NCBI GenBank assembly: GCA_902727925.1
Contig: CACVAW010000061.1
Coordinates: forward strand, 713-64,712
Direction: 5' to 3'
Length of the DNA stretch: 64,000 bases
Origin: an uncultured Campylobacterales bacterium
Lineage (GTDB): Bacteria; Campylobacterota; Campylobacteria; Campylobacterales; CACVAW01
The position numbers were made by a program, and so were the translations under genes. The notes below the pieces were generated by a model that saw only the letters and a list, made by a program, of their open reading frames with translations, did not search any database and had not been told where the DNA came from. Shown here piece after piece: positions 39,611-48,055 of this stretch (positions are counted from its first letter, which is position 1; each line of letters opens with the position of its first letter).

Positions 39611-40684
39611 ATGGAAAAAGATTTTACTTATTATATGCCAACAAAGATTGTATATGGACAGGATAAACTTGATGAATTAGACAAATATATAAATGGTAGA
39701 AAAGCTCTACTTATTACTTCTACAGGCTTTATCAAAAGAGGTTTGGTGGATAGGATTAAGAGTCTAACATCTAGTATTGTATATGTAATAAGTAATATAA
39801 AAACTCATCCAGAGTTTATAGACTTAGAAACTATATATAATAGTGTAAAAGATATTGACTTTGAAATTATATTAGCAGTTGGTGGGGGTAGTGTACTTGA
39901 CGCCTCAAAATTTATTTCAGTTCAGAATGATTTGAGAGAGTATCAATTTGTTGAAGATATTGTAAAAGGTAAAATACAAAAAAAAGACTATAACTTAATA
40001 CCTATTATTTCTATACCTACAACAGCTGGAACTGGAAGTGAAATAACTCCTTGGGCTACAATATGGGATATGATAGAAAAAAAGAAATATTCTCTTCATT
40101 TACCTGAATTATTTAGTGAAACTGCGATTTATGATCCATTATTAACACTAAGTGTACCTAAAGAAATAACTATTCAAACAGGCCTAGATACTCTTTCTCA
40201 TGCCTTAGAGTCTATTTGGAACAAAAATGCAAATGAAATTACTATAAATTATGCCGTGAAATCTGCAAGATTAATTATTCAAAACTTAGTTAAGTTATCA
40301 ACTAATCTAGATAATATAGAATATAGAGATAATATAATGAAAGCTTGTATGTACGCGGGACTTGCCTTTTCTAATACTCAAACAGCCATAGCTCATGGTA
40401 TGAGTTACTATATAACAGCGAATAAAGGGATTCCTCATGGAATTGCATGTAGTTTTACACTCCCTTTATTAATAGATAGTGTTATAGGAAAATATCATTT
40501 TATAGATGACGCTTTAACAAATATTTTTGGAGAGTTGTCTTCTAACAAATTAAGAAGCATATTAAAAGAATTAAGTATTTCTACTGAATTTAAAGATTAT
40601 GGAATAAGTGATTTTGAACTTAAAAACCTTAACTTATCACTTCAAAATAACCAGCGAGCTGGAAATAGTTTGGTTGTGATTTAA
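39611..40684 (+). CDS. iron-containing (group III) alcohol dehydrogenase, candidate phosphonoacetaldehyde reductase
   Basis: GGGSVLDASKF, TTAGTGSE and the metal-ligand His regions LSHALES and IAHGMSY. The position after ppd suggests the substrate; that is an inference. Confidence 0.75.
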   Translation: MEKDFTYYMPTKIVYGQDKLDELDKYINGRKALLITSTGFIKRGLVDRIKSLTSSIVYVISNIKTHPEFIDLETIYNSVKDIDFEIILAVGGGSVLDASKFISVQNDLREYQFVEDIVKGKIQKKDYNLIPIISIPTTAGTGSEITPWATIWDMIEKKKYSLHLPELFSETAIYDPLLTLSVPKEITIQTGLDTLSHALESIWNKNANEITINYAVKSARLIIQNLVKLSTNLDNIEYRDNIMKACMYAGLAFSNTQTAIAHGMSYYITANKGIPHGIACSFTLPLLIDSVIGKYHFIDDALTNIFGELSSNKLRSILKELSISTEFKDYGISDFELKNLNLSLQNNQRAGNSLVVI

Positions 40685-41637
40685 TGAAAAACTTACAAAT
40701 TATAAATGTTTTAGGATATGGGTATACAGGTTCAGGTGCAATAATTGATTTATTAAAAGAAATTGAAACTTGTAAAGTGGTGGAAGGTGAATTTGATCTT
40801 ATTCGGGGTCCCTATGGACTTATAGATCTTAAAAACAATGTTATTAATTCATCTTCAACTATAAGAGCTAATCATTATATTAGAAAATTTATACAATATG
40901 CTTGTGTTTTTAAAAGAAAGAACATAAAAGGGATACAGTATGGTTATAATTATGGAGAATCTTTTCAAATAGAATTAGAAATTTTTTTATCTAAAATTAT
41001 TGATATAAAGTTTAAAGGAACATGGCATTTTCATTATATAGAGCATAATTTTTTTACACAATTATTAAGTAAAGTATATGAAAAAATAGGAATAGATAAA
41101 AATATTATATATATGACAGATCTATCAAATGATAAGTTTCAAGAATATGTCCGCACTTTTTTATATGATTTATTAAAGAGTAAAGACAATAAATATAGCA
41201 ATATTGTATTAGACCAATCAATAGATGTTATTAATCCTAAGCAGGCAAATTACTTTTTTAATAATTATAAAAATATTATTGTTGACCGTGATCCAAGAGA
41301 TGTTTATATAGATGCACTTAGACATAAGTGGATTCCTACTGATGATATTAATTTGTTTTGTAGATGGTATGAAATTAATAGAGAAAAAGAAAAAGTTAAT
41401 GACTCGAATAATATTTATATTAAATTTGAAGATATTGTTTTAGATTATGATAATACGTTAAATGAATTATATGATTTTTTGAATGTTAAAAATAATGAAC
41501 ATTTAAGAAAAAAACATTTTTTTCAACCAGAAAAATCTGCTAAAAATATTGGAAAATGGAAGAATATAAAGAATATGGATAAAATTAAAATTATAGAAAA
41601 AAAATTAAACTCATTTTTATATATTGAAAAGGTATAA
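40684..41637 (+). CDS. sulfotransferase-fold protein
   Basis: P-loop-like GYGYTGSGA (5'-PSB position), VDRDPRDVYIDAL (3'-PB-like RDPRD) and C-terminal SAKNIGKWK. Confidence 0.55.
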   Translation: MKNLQIINVLGYGYTGSGAIIDLLKEIETCKVVEGEFDLIRGPYGLIDLKNNVINSSSTIRANHYIRKFIQYACVFKRKNIKGIQYGYNYGESFQIELEIFLSKIIDIKFKGTWHFHYIEHNFFTQLLSKVYEKIGIDKNIIYMTDLSNDKFQEYVRTFLYDLLKSKDNKYSNIVLDQSIDVINPKQANYFFNNYKNIIVDRDPRDVYIDALRHKWIPTDDINLFCRWYEINREKEKVNDSNNIYIKFEDIVLDYDNTLNELYDFLNVKNNEHLRKKHFFQPEKSAKNIGKWKNIKNMDKIKIIEKKLNSFLYIEKV

Positions 41638-41640
41638 AGT

Positions 41641-42858
41641 ATGAATTTTATCAAGAGTTCTTTATTTTCATCTCTTACAATTTTTATTAAAATTCTTTCA
41701 GGTATTATAATTAATAAAGTTGTTTCAGTACTTTTTGGTCCATCGGGGTCAGCTGTACTTGGTCAATTTGAAACTTTTGTCACAATTATTAATAAATTAT
41801 CTAATCTTGGCTTTGATAATGGGATAGTAACTTTGTGTGCTAAATATAATAAGTATAAAGTCTTATTAGTCTCAATATTATGGACAAGTATATTAGGTGT
41901 AATAACTTCTTTAAGTTTAATTATTAATAGTGAATATCTATCTAAAATAATTTTAATGGATGATAGCAAAAGTAGTGTTTTTGTCCACTTAGCTATATCA
42001 GTAATTTTTATTGGAATATATAGGAATGTGTTGCACTATTTTACTTCAAATAAAGCTAAATACTTTATTCTAAATATTATTACAAGTTTATTAATACTGA
42101 TTTTTTCATTGTTATTTATTAATATGTATGGTATGTACTCAGTTTATTATAGTTATTTTATTACTCCTATTATAGTATTAATTATTAGTATACTTTTTTT
42201 TAGGAATGTGGAACTACGTCAATTTAGAATAAATAAGTTAGGGTTTAAACTTATTTCAATGAAGTTATTCTCATATTCAACTATGGCTTTGGTCTCAGCT
42301 TTATCCACCCCTATTGCTTTAATTTTAGTCAGGATAGAGATTGAATCAAAATTAGGAATTGAAAATTTAGGTTATTGGCAAGGTTTATGGCGAATTTCTG
42401 AAGGTTACTTATTATTAATAATGACTATTCTAACTATATATTTTTTGCCATTAATTTCTAAAATAAAGGTTAAGAAAAAGTTAGACATTGAAGTAATATC
42501 TTTTCTTAAAAAAATATTACTAATATCGTTTATAATGTTATTAATAATTTTTATATTAAGAGAATTTATTACGAGTTTACTCTATACAAATGACTTTATA
42601 ATTATTAATCAGTTTTATATTTATCAAATGATTTCTGACTTTTTTAAAACAATAGCATTAGTATATGGTTTTGTATTAATTTCACTAAAAAAAACAAAAA
42701 TATTTATTATACTTCAAGTTATATATTCATTATCATTTTATCTTATATATAAGACGTATGAGTTTAGTAGTCTTCTTGATGTATATAAAATATATTTGAT
42801 TTTTTCATGTATATATTTAATAATAATTTTTTTGACTTACAAAATTAAGGTGAAATAA
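41641..42858 (+). CDS. wzx: Wzx-type flippase (MOP superfamily), copy 2
   Basis: 405 aa, about 12 TM segments, with a central GYWQGLWRISEGY motif typical of polysaccharide biosynthesis proteins. Confidence 0.7.
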   Translation: MNFIKSSLFSSLTIFIKILSGIIINKVVSVLFGPSGSAVLGQFETFVTIINKLSNLGFDNGIVTLCAKYNKYKVLLVSILWTSILGVITSLSLIINSEYLSKIILMDDSKSSVFVHLAISVIFIGIYRNVLHYFTSNKAKYFILNIITSLLILIFSLLFINMYGMYSVYYSYFITPIIVLIISILFFRNVELRQFRINKLGFKLISMKLFSYSTMALVSALSTPIALILVRIEIESKLGIENLGYWQGLWRISEGYLLLIMTILTIYFLPLISKIKVKKKLDIEVISFLKKILLISFIMLLIIFILREFITSLLYTNDFIIINQFYIYQMISDFFKTIALVYGFVLISLKKTKIFIILQVIYSLSFYLIYKTYEFSSLLDVYKIYLIFSCIYLIIIFLTYKIKVK

Positions 42859-43643
42859 TGCAAGATTTAGTTTCAGTACTAGTACCTTCTTATAATCATA
42901 GTAAATATATAATAGAAACTTTAGAAAGTATTAAAAAATCTTCTTATAAATCTATAGAGATTTGTATTATTGATGATGGTTCATCAGATGATTCTATTTT
43001 GATAATTCAAAAATGGATAGATAATAGTCTAATGAATATAAAATTTAAACATAGAAAAAATAGAGGCTTGACTAAAACATTAAATGAACTTTTAGAAATG
43101 GCTTCTGGACGTTATATTGTGTTATTGGGTAGTGATGATGTATTAACAGAAGATAGTATATTGCAAAGAGTTGTATTTTTGAAATCTAATCCTCATAAGA
43201 AGGCAGTTTTTACAGATGCTTATATAATAAATAGTATTGGTGAAAAGATATTTAATAGTGCTTTATTTGAATATAAAAATACAAACAAAAATAAATTATT
43301 AGATAGTGAATTAATAAAAGAAGAACTTATTTTAAATTGGAACGTTCCTGGACCAGTTTTATTATTTGAAAAATCAGTTATAGAAATGATTGGTAATTAT
43401 AATGAAAATTTAATTGTAGAAGATTGGGATTTTTACTTAAGGTTAGTTTCAAATGATTTATTAATATATCAAGATAAAGCATTATCCGGTTATCGGTTAC
43501 ATAATTCAAATACAATAAATAATTCCGAGTTACATTTTAAAATTAAAATAGATAGATTAAAAACAGTGTTTTTAAATTTTTTTAAATTTGATTTTAAATA
43601 TAAAATTTTATTTTTAAAGCTTATTTTTTCTAAGATAAGATGA
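42858..43643 (+). CDS. GT2-family glycosyltransferase
   Basis: VSVLVPSYNHSKYI, ICIIDDGSSDDS and LGSDD. Confidence 0.8.
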   Translation: MQDLVSVLVPSYNHSKYIIETLESIKKSSYKSIEICIIDDGSSDDSILIIQKWIDNSLMNIKFKHRKNRGLTKTLNELLEMASGRYIVLLGSDDVLTEDSILQRVVFLKSNPHKKAVFTDAYIINSIGEKIFNSALFEYKNTNKNKLLDSELIKEELILNWNVPGPVLLFEKSVIEMIGNYNENLIVEDWDFYLRLVSNDLLIYQDKALSGYRLHNSNTINNSELHFKIKIDRLKTVFLNFFKFDFKYKILFLKLIFSKIR

Positions 43644-44752
43644 AGTTTGTTTTTCTATTATTACCTTTTATGGTAATAAATTCTTTTAATATAGGGACAC
43701 TTAATATTCCTATTACATATATAATAATATTTATTTTATATGTTAAGTCTTTTAGTTATAAATTACCTAAAAGTACGTTTTATTTTTTTATAATATTCTT
43801 TATGATACTTAGTTTACAATTTGTACTCAATGAAACAATTGTAATTAATAATTATATAAAACTTTTAAGTATAATACTTACATATACTGTATTATATAGA
43901 TATCGAAAAACATTAATACAAAACTTAAAATATTTTAAAATAGCTATATATATTACATTAGTTTATGCTTTATACCAGTACTTAATAATATTACTTCAGC
44001 TTGATATTCGCTCATTTTATGCAATTATACCAGTTTGGGAATGGAATAATAATTTATGGCACTTGATTATGACTACTCCAAATATAAGAGTTTCTGGTTT
44101 TACATTGGAACCAGCTTTTTTATCTATCTTTATTGCTTTTGGATTCATTATAAATCATTTGTTCTATAGAGAAAGAACTTTTTTCATAATATTATTTATG
44201 TTATCTTTTTTGTCATTATCAAGAAACCTACTTATTTTTTTAGTCGTATTCTTCTTCCTTTTGTTTTTACATAAATTTATCAAAACAAGATTAGTTTATA
44301 TTTTCATTTTTATATTAACTTTTTTATTACCTCCAGTATTACTTTATTTAATAATTGGCAATTTTTCTAACTATGATGTTTCAGTTTTTATGAGAACGAT
44401 ACCATTTGTAGTGTTTTTTACAGAAACTAATTTTGGTGAAATTTTAATTGGTACAGATTATAGTATGATAATAAAAAATTCAACTTATGAGAGCTTACTT
44501 TATTCATTATTTCCCAGTAGTTCTGAAAATTTGGCAAAAGACCCTAAAAGTTTTCTTGCTTCTTTATTATTTTCTTACGGAATTATTGGTCTAGTAAGTT
44601 ATATTATTTATGGTATTAGTATTTCTAAGAAAAATACAATAAACTTGATTTATTTAAGTTCATTTAATTTAGTAATATTTAATGTTAGCATTTTATATTG
44701 GCCGATACTATGGATATTTTTTCTCATAATATATGAGAATAAAGAACACTAA
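43640..44752 (+). CDS. polytopic membrane protein, candidate Wzy-type O-unit polymerase
   Basis: 370 aa, about 10 TM segments and no soluble domain. The position between GT genes and a flippase is the main argument. Confidence 0.5.
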   Translation: MKFVFLLLPFMVINSFNIGTLNIPITYIIIFILYVKSFSYKLPKSTFYFFIIFFMILSLQFVLNETIVINNYIKLLSIILTYTVLYRYRKTLIQNLKYFKIAIYITLVYALYQYLIILLQLDIRSFYAIIPVWEWNNNLWHLIMTTPNIRVSGFTLEPAFLSIFIAFGFIINHLFYRERTFFIILFMLSFLSLSRNLLIFLVVFFFLLFLHKFIKTRLVYIFIFILTFLLPPVLLYLIIGNFSNYDVSVFMRTIPFVVFFTETNFGEILIGTDYSMIIKNSTYESLLYSLFPSSSENLAKDPKSFLASLLFSYGIIGLVSYIIYGISISKKNTINLIYLSSFNLVIFNVSILYWPILWIFFLIIYENKEH

Positions 44753-44766
44753 ACTAGGAGAAAAAA

Positions 44767-44883
44767 TTGTATAAAATTTCAATAATAATACCAACATATA
44801 ACGCACAAGAGTATTTACCAAAGTTATTAAATAGTCTTAAAATCTGTATAGTTCAAAAGCTAAGAGGTAGAAATAAATCTTGA
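44767..44883 (+). pseudogene. truncated duplicate of the 5' end of the GT2 gene at 45747
   Basis: 44773-44808 is identical to 45771-45806 (KISIIIPTYNAQ). Similarity continues for about 35 more nt and is then lost. The reading frame stops after 38 codons. Confidence 0.8.
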
Positions 44884-44950
44884 CTAAATCTTAGCTTGAT
44901 TTTCAGGACATTATCTTATTTGGATATTATTACAAATAAAAGGAGCTTAC

Positions 44951-45763
44951 ATGATATATGATAGAGAATATTTTTCTAAAATAATTGCAGATAAAATTTT
45001 AAAAAATGAGAATGAAATTTATGAACAGTTCAATTCAGGTAATAAAATTTCATCTTTTATAATAGATGAACTACTTCCAGTAGAGGAGGCTACAAAAATC
45101 TATAATAGTTTTCCTAAACCTGAAGATATGAAAGTAAAAAAAAGTTTAAGAGAATACAAATTTATAGATGCTCAATTGAATAAACATAATAAAATACTTG
45201 AAGAAATAACTTATGCCTTTCACGAAAAAATAGTAATTGATGCTATTAGTAAAACGATTAAAATTAATGGACTTATTGCAGACGAACAGTTATATGCTGG
45301 AGGGTTAAGTCGAATGGAAAAAGGACAATATTTAAATCCTCATTTAGATAATTCACATAATAAAGATAGGTCTTTATACCGAGTATTAAATCTTTTATAT
45401 TATGTTTCTCCTAATAGAAAAATTGAAGATGGTGGTAATTTAGAACTATGGGATGAAGGACCTAAAAAAGAGCAAAGAACTATATATTCAAAATTCAATA
45501 GACTTGTTGTTATGATTACAAATAGAGATTCATGGCACTCCGTTAGTAAGTTAGAAAAAGGTGCTAGATGTTGTATTTCAAATTATTACTTTTCAGAAAA
45601 ACCTTTAACTAAAGAAGACTATTTTCATATTACTTCTTTTAGAGGTTTTCCTAATCAATATATACGCGATAAAGTTTTGTTATTGGATATAAAATTGAGA
45701 ATGGGACTTAGAAAAATATTTAAAAAAGGTATAGTAGATAACTCTCATGTATATAAAAAATGA
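44951..45763 (+). CDS. 2-oxoglutarate/Fe(II)-dependent oxygenase
   Basis: HxD...H facial triad context: NPHLDNSHN...GGNLELWD...DSWHSV. RBS AAAGGAG lies upstream. Confidence 0.7.
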   Translation: MIYDREYFSKIIADKILKNENEIYEQFNSGNKISSFIIDELLPVEEATKIYNSFPKPEDMKVKKSLREYKFIDAQLNKHNKILEEITYAFHEKIVIDAISKTIKINGLIADEQLYAGGLSRMEKGQYLNPHLDNSHNKDRSLYRVLNLLYYVSPNRKIEDGGNLELWDEGPKKEQRTIYSKFNRLVVMITNRDSWHSVSKLEKGARCCISNYYFSEKPLTKEDYFHITSFRGFPNQYIRDKVLLLDIKLRMGLRKIFKKGIVDNSHVYKK

Positions 45764-46697
45764 TATAAATAAAATTTCAATAATAATACCAACATATAAC
45801 GCACAAAGATATTTACCAAAGTTATTAGATAGTATTAAAACTCAATCTATAAAAAATTATGAACTACTAATAATAGATTCAAGTTCATCTGACAAAACAG
45901 TTGAAATTGCTAAAGAATATACTGAAAATGTGATAGTAATACCTCAAAGTGAATTTGATCATGGTGGTACGAGAGCTAAAGCTGCACAAATAGCTTCAGG
46001 GGAGATTCTTGTATATCTTACTCAAGATGCACTTCCTTGTGATGATTATACAATAGAGAGTATCATAAAAGTATTTGAAGATGAAAAAATAGGTGCTGCT
46101 TATGGTAGGCAGTTAAGCTATGATGATACTAATCTTTTTGGTAAGCATCTACGAGAGTTTAATTATAGTAAAAATTCATATATAAGAGATAAAAGTGACA
46201 TTAAACAATTTGGTTTGAAAACAGCTTTTTTATCTGATAGTTTTGCTGCTTATCGTAAGAGTGCTTTACAAGATATAGGATTGTTTAAAAGTGATTTGAT
46301 ACTAGGTGAAGATACTTATGCAGGTGCAAAAATGATATTAGATGGATATAGTCTTGCTTATGTTAGTGAAGCACAAGTATATCATTCCCATAGTTATACC
46401 GTGTGGCAAGAATTTAAAAGATATTTTGATATAGGTGTATTTCATAAATATGAAGACTGGATACTGGAGCGTTTTGGTAAGGCTGAGGGTGAAGGGAAGA
46501 GATATATCAAATCTGAAGTTAAGTATCTACTTAAGAATAAATCTTGGTATCTATTGCCTGAATGGTTTGTACGCAATGGTATGAAATATTTGGGGTATAA
46601 ATTAGGTCAAAAATATGAAAAACTACCAAAATGGATGATAAAAAGAATGAGTATGCATCATAGATGGTGGGACAAAAAAATAGACTCTAAAAAATAA
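45747..46697 (+). CDS. GT2-family glycosyltransferase (rhamnosyltransferase-like)
   Basis: ISIIIPTYNAQRYL, LLIIDSSSSDKT, FDHGGTR and TQDA. Confidence 0.8.
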   Translation: MYIKNDINKISIIIPTYNAQRYLPKLLDSIKTQSIKNYELLIIDSSSSDKTVEIAKEYTENVIVIPQSEFDHGGTRAKAAQIASGEILVYLTQDALPCDDYTIESIIKVFEDEKIGAAYGRQLSYDDTNLFGKHLREFNYSKNSYIRDKSDIKQFGLKTAFLSDSFAAYRKSALQDIGLFKSDLILGEDTYAGAKMILDGYSLAYVSEAQVYHSHSYTVWQEFKRYFDIGVFHKYEDWILERFGKAEGEGKRYIKSEVKYLLKNKSWYLLPEWFVRNGMKYLGYKLGQKYEKLPKWMIKRMSMHHRWWDKKIDSKK

Positions 46698-48055
46698 TGC
46701 AAAAACTAAACCTCAAAGAATCACAAACTATAGAATTCAAAGAAGTATGGAAAGACGAGTACTTAAAAACTATATGTGCATTTGCTAATAGTGATGGTGG
46801 GGTGATATATATTGGTATTGATGATAGCTCAAACATAGTAGGTTTAAAAGATACAAAAAATATCATAGAAGTTTTGCCAAATAAGGTAAATAATAGACTT
46901 GGTCTTATAGTGGATATTAATTTAAGATATAAAAGTAGCTTAGAGTATATCGAGATGATAATCCAAAAAACATATGCACCAATATCATATAATGGAAAGT
47001 TTTATAAAAGAAGTGGTAGCAATACAATTGAATTAAATGGAGTTAATCTTACAAACTTTTTACTTAAGAAGTATGGCAAGACTTGGGATGATGTTTCTGA
47101 AGAAAAATTTGGGCTTGATGAGATAGATTTGAGTACTATTGAGAAGTTTAAAAAGCTCTCAAGAGATAGGATACCAGATATACAAAGTCAAACGAATTTA
47201 GAAGAACTATTAAGAAAACTTAATCTATATGATGGTGAATATCTTAAAAGAGCTGCGATTTTGTTATTTGGTAAGAATCCACAAATGTATTATGTGCAGT
47301 CTCATTCTAAGATAGGTAGATTTTTAAGTGAGACTGATATTCAAAGTAGTGATATCATAGAGGGTAACCTCATAGATCAAGTAGATAAGATTATGGATGT
47401 GTTAAGGCTGAAGTATCTTAAAGCTTATATCTCGTATGAGGGAATGCATAGAAGAGAAAAGCTTGAATATCCATATGAAGCTCTTCGTGAGGCTGTAATA
47501 AATGCACTCATACATAGAGACTATACAAATACTTCAAATCTTCAAATAAAAGTATATGATGACAAGCTTGTCATGTATAATGGAGCTACACTAAGTAGTG
47601 AAGTACCTATAGATAGGTTTGATAAGCCTCATCAATCAAAGCCATTTAATCCTACTATGGCAAATGTATTTTATAAGTGTGGGTTTATAGAGAACTGGGG
47701 AAGAGGTACACTTAATATCATAGATGATTGTGTAGAGTACGGACTACCTAAACCTTTGTTTGAATATGAGTGGACTGCTGTAAGGACTACATTTTTTAAA
47801 ACCACCCAAGAAACCACCCAAGAAACCACCCAAGAAACCACCCAAGAAACCACCCAAGAAACCACAAAGAGCAAAATAGTAAAACTACTAAAAGAGAATC
47901 CCAAATACACAAAACAAGATATGATGAACATACTAAATAAAGGTGACTCAACAATAAAAGAGCATCTTGCAAACCTCAAAAGAGAAGGTATAATAACAAG
48001 AGTAGGAAGCACAAAATCAGGATATTGGAAAATACTAAAAGGAGATAATGAATGA
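46697..48055 (+). CDS. Schlafen/AlbA_2 domain - HATPase_c_4 - wHTH protein (COG2865-type), copy 2
   Basis: ESQTIEFKEVW...AFANSDGGVIYIGIDD, LREAVINALIHRDY, NWGRGT and a C-terminal wHTH. Its start overlaps the GT2 stop (TAATG) and its stop overlaps the manC start. Confidence 0.8.
   Translation: MQKLNLKESQTIEFKEVWKDEYLKTICAFANSDGGVIYIGIDDSSNIVGLKDTKNIIEVLPNKVNNRLGLIVDINLRYKSSLEYIEMIIQKTYAPISYNGKFYKRSGSNTIELNGVNLTNFLLKKYGKTWDDVSEEKFGLDEIDLSTIEKFKKLSRDRIPDIQSQTNLEELLRKLNLYDGEYLKRAAILLFGKNPQMYYVQSHSKIGRFLSETDIQSSDIIEGNLIDQVDKIMDVLRLKYLKAYISYEGMHRREKLEYPYEALREAVINALIHRDYTNTSNLQIKVYDDKLVMYNGATLSSEVPIDRFDKPHQSKPFNPTMANVFYKCGFIENWGRGTLNIIDDCVEYGLPKPLFEYEWTAVRTTFFKTTQETTQETTQETTQETTQETTKSKIVKLLKENPKYTKQDMMNILNKGDSTIKEHLANLKREGIITRVGSTKSGYWKILKGDNE
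47801..47860 (+). repeat. 5 x 12-bp perfect tandem repeat ACCACCCAAGAA (TTQE x5), in frame
   Basis: Read directly. It is followed by a partial unit ACCACA and occupies the same linker position as the NVGV repeat in copy 1. Confidence 0.95.

Noticed and set aside
47671-48012. Minus-strand ORF reading the 12-bp repeat as VVSW x5
   Set aside because: It is antisense to the second AlbA_2 gene, for the same reason as above.
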